Shown here piece after piece: positions 60,567 to 64,000 of a DNA stretch of 64,000 bases. Every line of letters starts with the position of its first letter. Positions within the stretch are counted from its first letter, which is position 1. The notes below the pieces were generated by a model. The model did not search any database, was not told the DNA's origin, and saw only the letters and a list, made by a program, of their open reading frames with translations. The translations under genes were made by a program, and so were the position numbers. This stretch comes from Ophelia neglecta (taxonomy: Eukaryota): positions 34,968,001 to 35,032,000 of the forward strand of contig OZ260666.1 in NCBI GenBank assembly GCA_965285935.1, in the 5' to 3' direction.

Positions 60567-63429
60567 GACAGAGAAGTACTAGGCCTATTTTCATGTAGTC
60601 TCTTTATTTCATGTTTGGATGTATGCCCAGCCATTGCTTCAGCTTCTACTGACTTATTTTTTTCAGGGCACAACATGTAAATACCTTTTGTAGGCTGGAA
60701 TCAAGCACTTGACCCACTAGATAGGCAATCACCAGCTACCTAGAAATAACTCCCTTGGCTAGAACAATTCACTTTTCATTAGTGTGGTTCAAGCCTCTTA
60801 ACAATAGAACAAAACATAACCAGAATCACATGCCTAGCAGGGAGTGCATTTCACGTACATACATTTTCATCCCACAAGATGTCATATGAACAATCAGGTT
60901 TCACTTCATGGCAGTTTACATGCTGCCAGCAGCATGACCACGGCGCCTGAAGATCCATAGAACAATCTAGTTGTAAAAACGTCAACTCCTTGCCACCATA
61001 GAGCCTCAATGAAAGTGCCAATTACTCATGCACAATTTATTTTCATGACTGTTTTTATATCTTCACCATGATTTATGTGACTCATTACATGATAAAATAA
61101 TTCTTGTGAACTAATGCGAGTGCACTTCAATTTTCTAAGATTAGCATTTTTTCCCAAGGAATTGTCAGAACATTTTCGCAATGGTCTTTTTACACCAACT
61201 GATTTTCAAGGAACCACTGGCCAATTTACATGGACTCACAAATTAAGAAGTTTACAACAATGTCCCTCAAGAACCCAGGACTTCTAAGAGCTATTATGGC
61301 ACAACAGCTTCCATTATTACCTGAGTAAAATAAATACCGGATTATCCCCAACACTGGTCCCTGCGGGCGGGGAACCAGTAAATAATGGATGTACATGCCG
61401 GTCTGAGTTCACTGGCTCCCTGTTTACTATACAGCCAGCTTGATAGGAATGTCTGAGAGAAGAACATGAAAATATTCATGGAAAACATGATCGGCAAAAC
61501 TGTTGCCACAGCTCGAGTGACGTATCACAGGCTGTAGCGGGTAGTGTGCCGAGAAGACAATGATGTACTAGCTACAAGGGGTGATACATCCCCTGGCCCG
61601 AAACCCAACTCCCGGAGGTAGCAGGCTGGCTGCTCTTCATGCACCAGAGTCTCTCACAGGGGATGATAACATATCCACTTTACACCTACCATACCATCTC
61701 CTCAGTTTCCTGTAAATGCTAACCTAGCCTTAACTCTTTGGCAAGCCTCTTGCTTATGACGGTAGCCATCAACGCAGCCAGAGCAGCTGGCTGGGTAAAT
61801 AGGTATATAGCTGGTGTCTTATAACCACCACCATCACTCTCTCTCTGACCTTAACAAACTCGGCAACTCAATACAAGAATAACTGAACCTTCCAGAAAAT
61901 ATCACATGTCTGATGCTTGTGCTCTGAGGGGCCTGTCCATGCCAGGGCACTCGGTACTGATGTGCATGCAGCAGGTCTGGCTGTGAAAAGGTCAGAGAGG
62001 AAATCTCAGCTATCTAATAGTAAGCTGGCAGTCCCAACTTGTATATCATACAAAACTCAGCACCATCACCCTCTAATCTGATTGTCCAAAATTGATTTTA
62101 GGTGTTGAGAGCACATTTCCCCTTTTTGCCGGCCGGTGGTTTCGCACGACCAATGAGATGACTTCATATATAATTTTTCACGCTCGTCTTTCTGGCCTGA
62201 TTTACTGGCTGCAAACTCCGAAAATAAAACTTCCAGAAATATCCTATGAAGCTATCGGTGAAACACAATTATTGATATCTCTTCAGTGCTTATCGTCTGA
62301 TATTCTTCAAACTTAGCACATCGGCCCGCTGAGTCATTTAGGGTTTTCTGGAATACTGTTATTTCAATGTGTAGTTTAAGTCACACATCTGTCATTGTTT
62401 TGTATCTGTTTACCAGTTCAGAGTGGCTATGAACTGTACCACACTTAACAAGGCATGGAATCAATATCTGTATTATGGCCTGGAATAACATACGAAACCA
62501 GGAAAAGGTTGAGGTCACTGAATTGGCTTTCAAATAACTATGCCTCTGGCAGGAAGAAATGTGTATCATGGACTGCTATGCTTTCCACCCCAATGGGTCG
62601 GATTTTACACTGAAAGCCTCATCACTTTTTTTTTCCTTTATCATAATGTACAGTTACAAAAATGGGTGAGCGTTGACAAACATAAATTGCTAAAACTGCA
62701 AAGTGGTAGTCTTTATTGATGCAAAACCTCATTGCTTTATATCCTTATTGTATTGTGCTTCTGACACAATGAAACGAAGTGATTAATGTATATGAGCAGG
62801 GCTTGTGATGTGGAAGTACAGTCAGGAGAGTAACTAGCCCCATCTCGTATATCTATCAACCGACGACGACAAAGTCCACCCAGACCCAGATTCTCTGCCA
62901 GTCAAAGCTCCGTCTGAACCCAAGCGGCTAGTCAATCTGCACCCATGATTGCTTCAAACAGATAGGCTCACAAACACAATCAAAATGGCTAATTTGATGA
63001 TATTCACAGCACATGTCCAAAGCATGGCTCAAGCCATGGACCACACATTTACCTTTGTGAGCTTGTTTAGGCCTCATCAAGTATTATGCTTTAAGGCACG
63101 ACACACCAAATATAAGCAAGCCAATATATCATGGATAGGATCACGCCATCGATACATCAAACAAGCGCTGATAATATGTTATGAAGATCGCTGAATGCAT
63201 GTTGATCACAAGTCTCACAAGGAAGTTGTGTGGGAATAATGGCAACCCTAATTGATTCTTCAATGACGCTGATGACCATAACAAAGCACATAAAAAGCCC
63301 TTAAAAGCCTGCCATGCAGCTGAAGATAGGATTTATACCTCCGCCTGACCTAATTATAAGTTGTTATTTGGGTAACCTATGATGTCCAATGGGCTAGCAT
63401 GAGTTTAACATGTGAAAGGTGCTCAATAC

Positions 63430-63910
63430 CTGGGAACATGAACAGGCATGGAACTGGGGACAAGAGCATGAACCTGGGGACAGGGGCTGGTGCACAGGGG
63501 GCAGGAGAACAGGGCAGGTGGCTGGGGACTAGGGCATAGAAGTGATAGAACTATGGACTAGGGTATAGATCAAGGCCAGGAACTGGGTAATAGGGCATTG
63601 AACAGGGGACTAGGGCATGGGGCCTAGGGGGTAGAACTGGTGCAGGAGGTTGGGGCATGGAACTAGGGGCGGGGGCAGGGTTCTAAGGACTAGGGCTTGG
63701 GACTTGATGACAAGGGCATGAGGCTAGGACAAAACATGAGACCAAGGGACTGGGAAAAGGGAACTATGGAAGGGGAATCGGCAGGATATAGGCCTGGAGG
63801 GGGCATAGATCTAGGGTGGAACATGGGGACTGATGATAGGCCTGGGAAAAGGCATTGGGTCCAGGGAAATACTGGATCACAGGGAAATACTGGATCAGGG
63901 AAGGGCAGGG
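63430..63910. repeat. Degenerate G-rich low-complexity repeat (ggaactaggg/gggcatgg motifs)
   Basis: Recurring ggaact(a/g)ggg, ggactaggg, gggcat motifs; tandem cagggaaatactggat at ~63862-63896. Confidence 0.7.
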
Positions 63911-64000
63911 TGCCTATCTTGAAGCCTACCTTACGACTGCTCTTAGGTCCAAACATACTGAGATAGGCTTTGCCTCTCATCTGCCCATCAAGATGGCACA

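Overview
Eukaryotic (invertebrate, probably lophotrochozoan; inference) genomic window with no prokaryotic features. Left to right: (1) a 2.8-kb non-autonomous TA-flanked DNA transposon with 25-bp TIRs (340-3142); (2) a head-to-head pair of intronless innexin genes (3514-4824 minus, 7429-8742 plus); (3) a two-coding-exon PPP1R32/SAXO4-like ciliary gene (minus, 13301->10779), tail-to-tail with innexin 2; (4) a decayed gag-like zinc-knuckle ORF1 fragment; (5) most of a large CNOT4 gene on the minus strand, manually reconstructed as 15 phase-consistent coding exons (55178->18109, 743 aa). Its N-terminal RING exon(s) were not found and presumably lie beyond 64000. The CNOT4 introns carry several minisatellites. 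Most notable observations: a 109/79-bp tandem array built from the end of a CNOT4 exon plus its splice donor (13 donor copies), and innexin C-tails carrying ESCRT late-domain/PY/tyrosine-sorting motifs arranged like the connexin-43 tail. All coordinates were derived by eye and no database searches were run.
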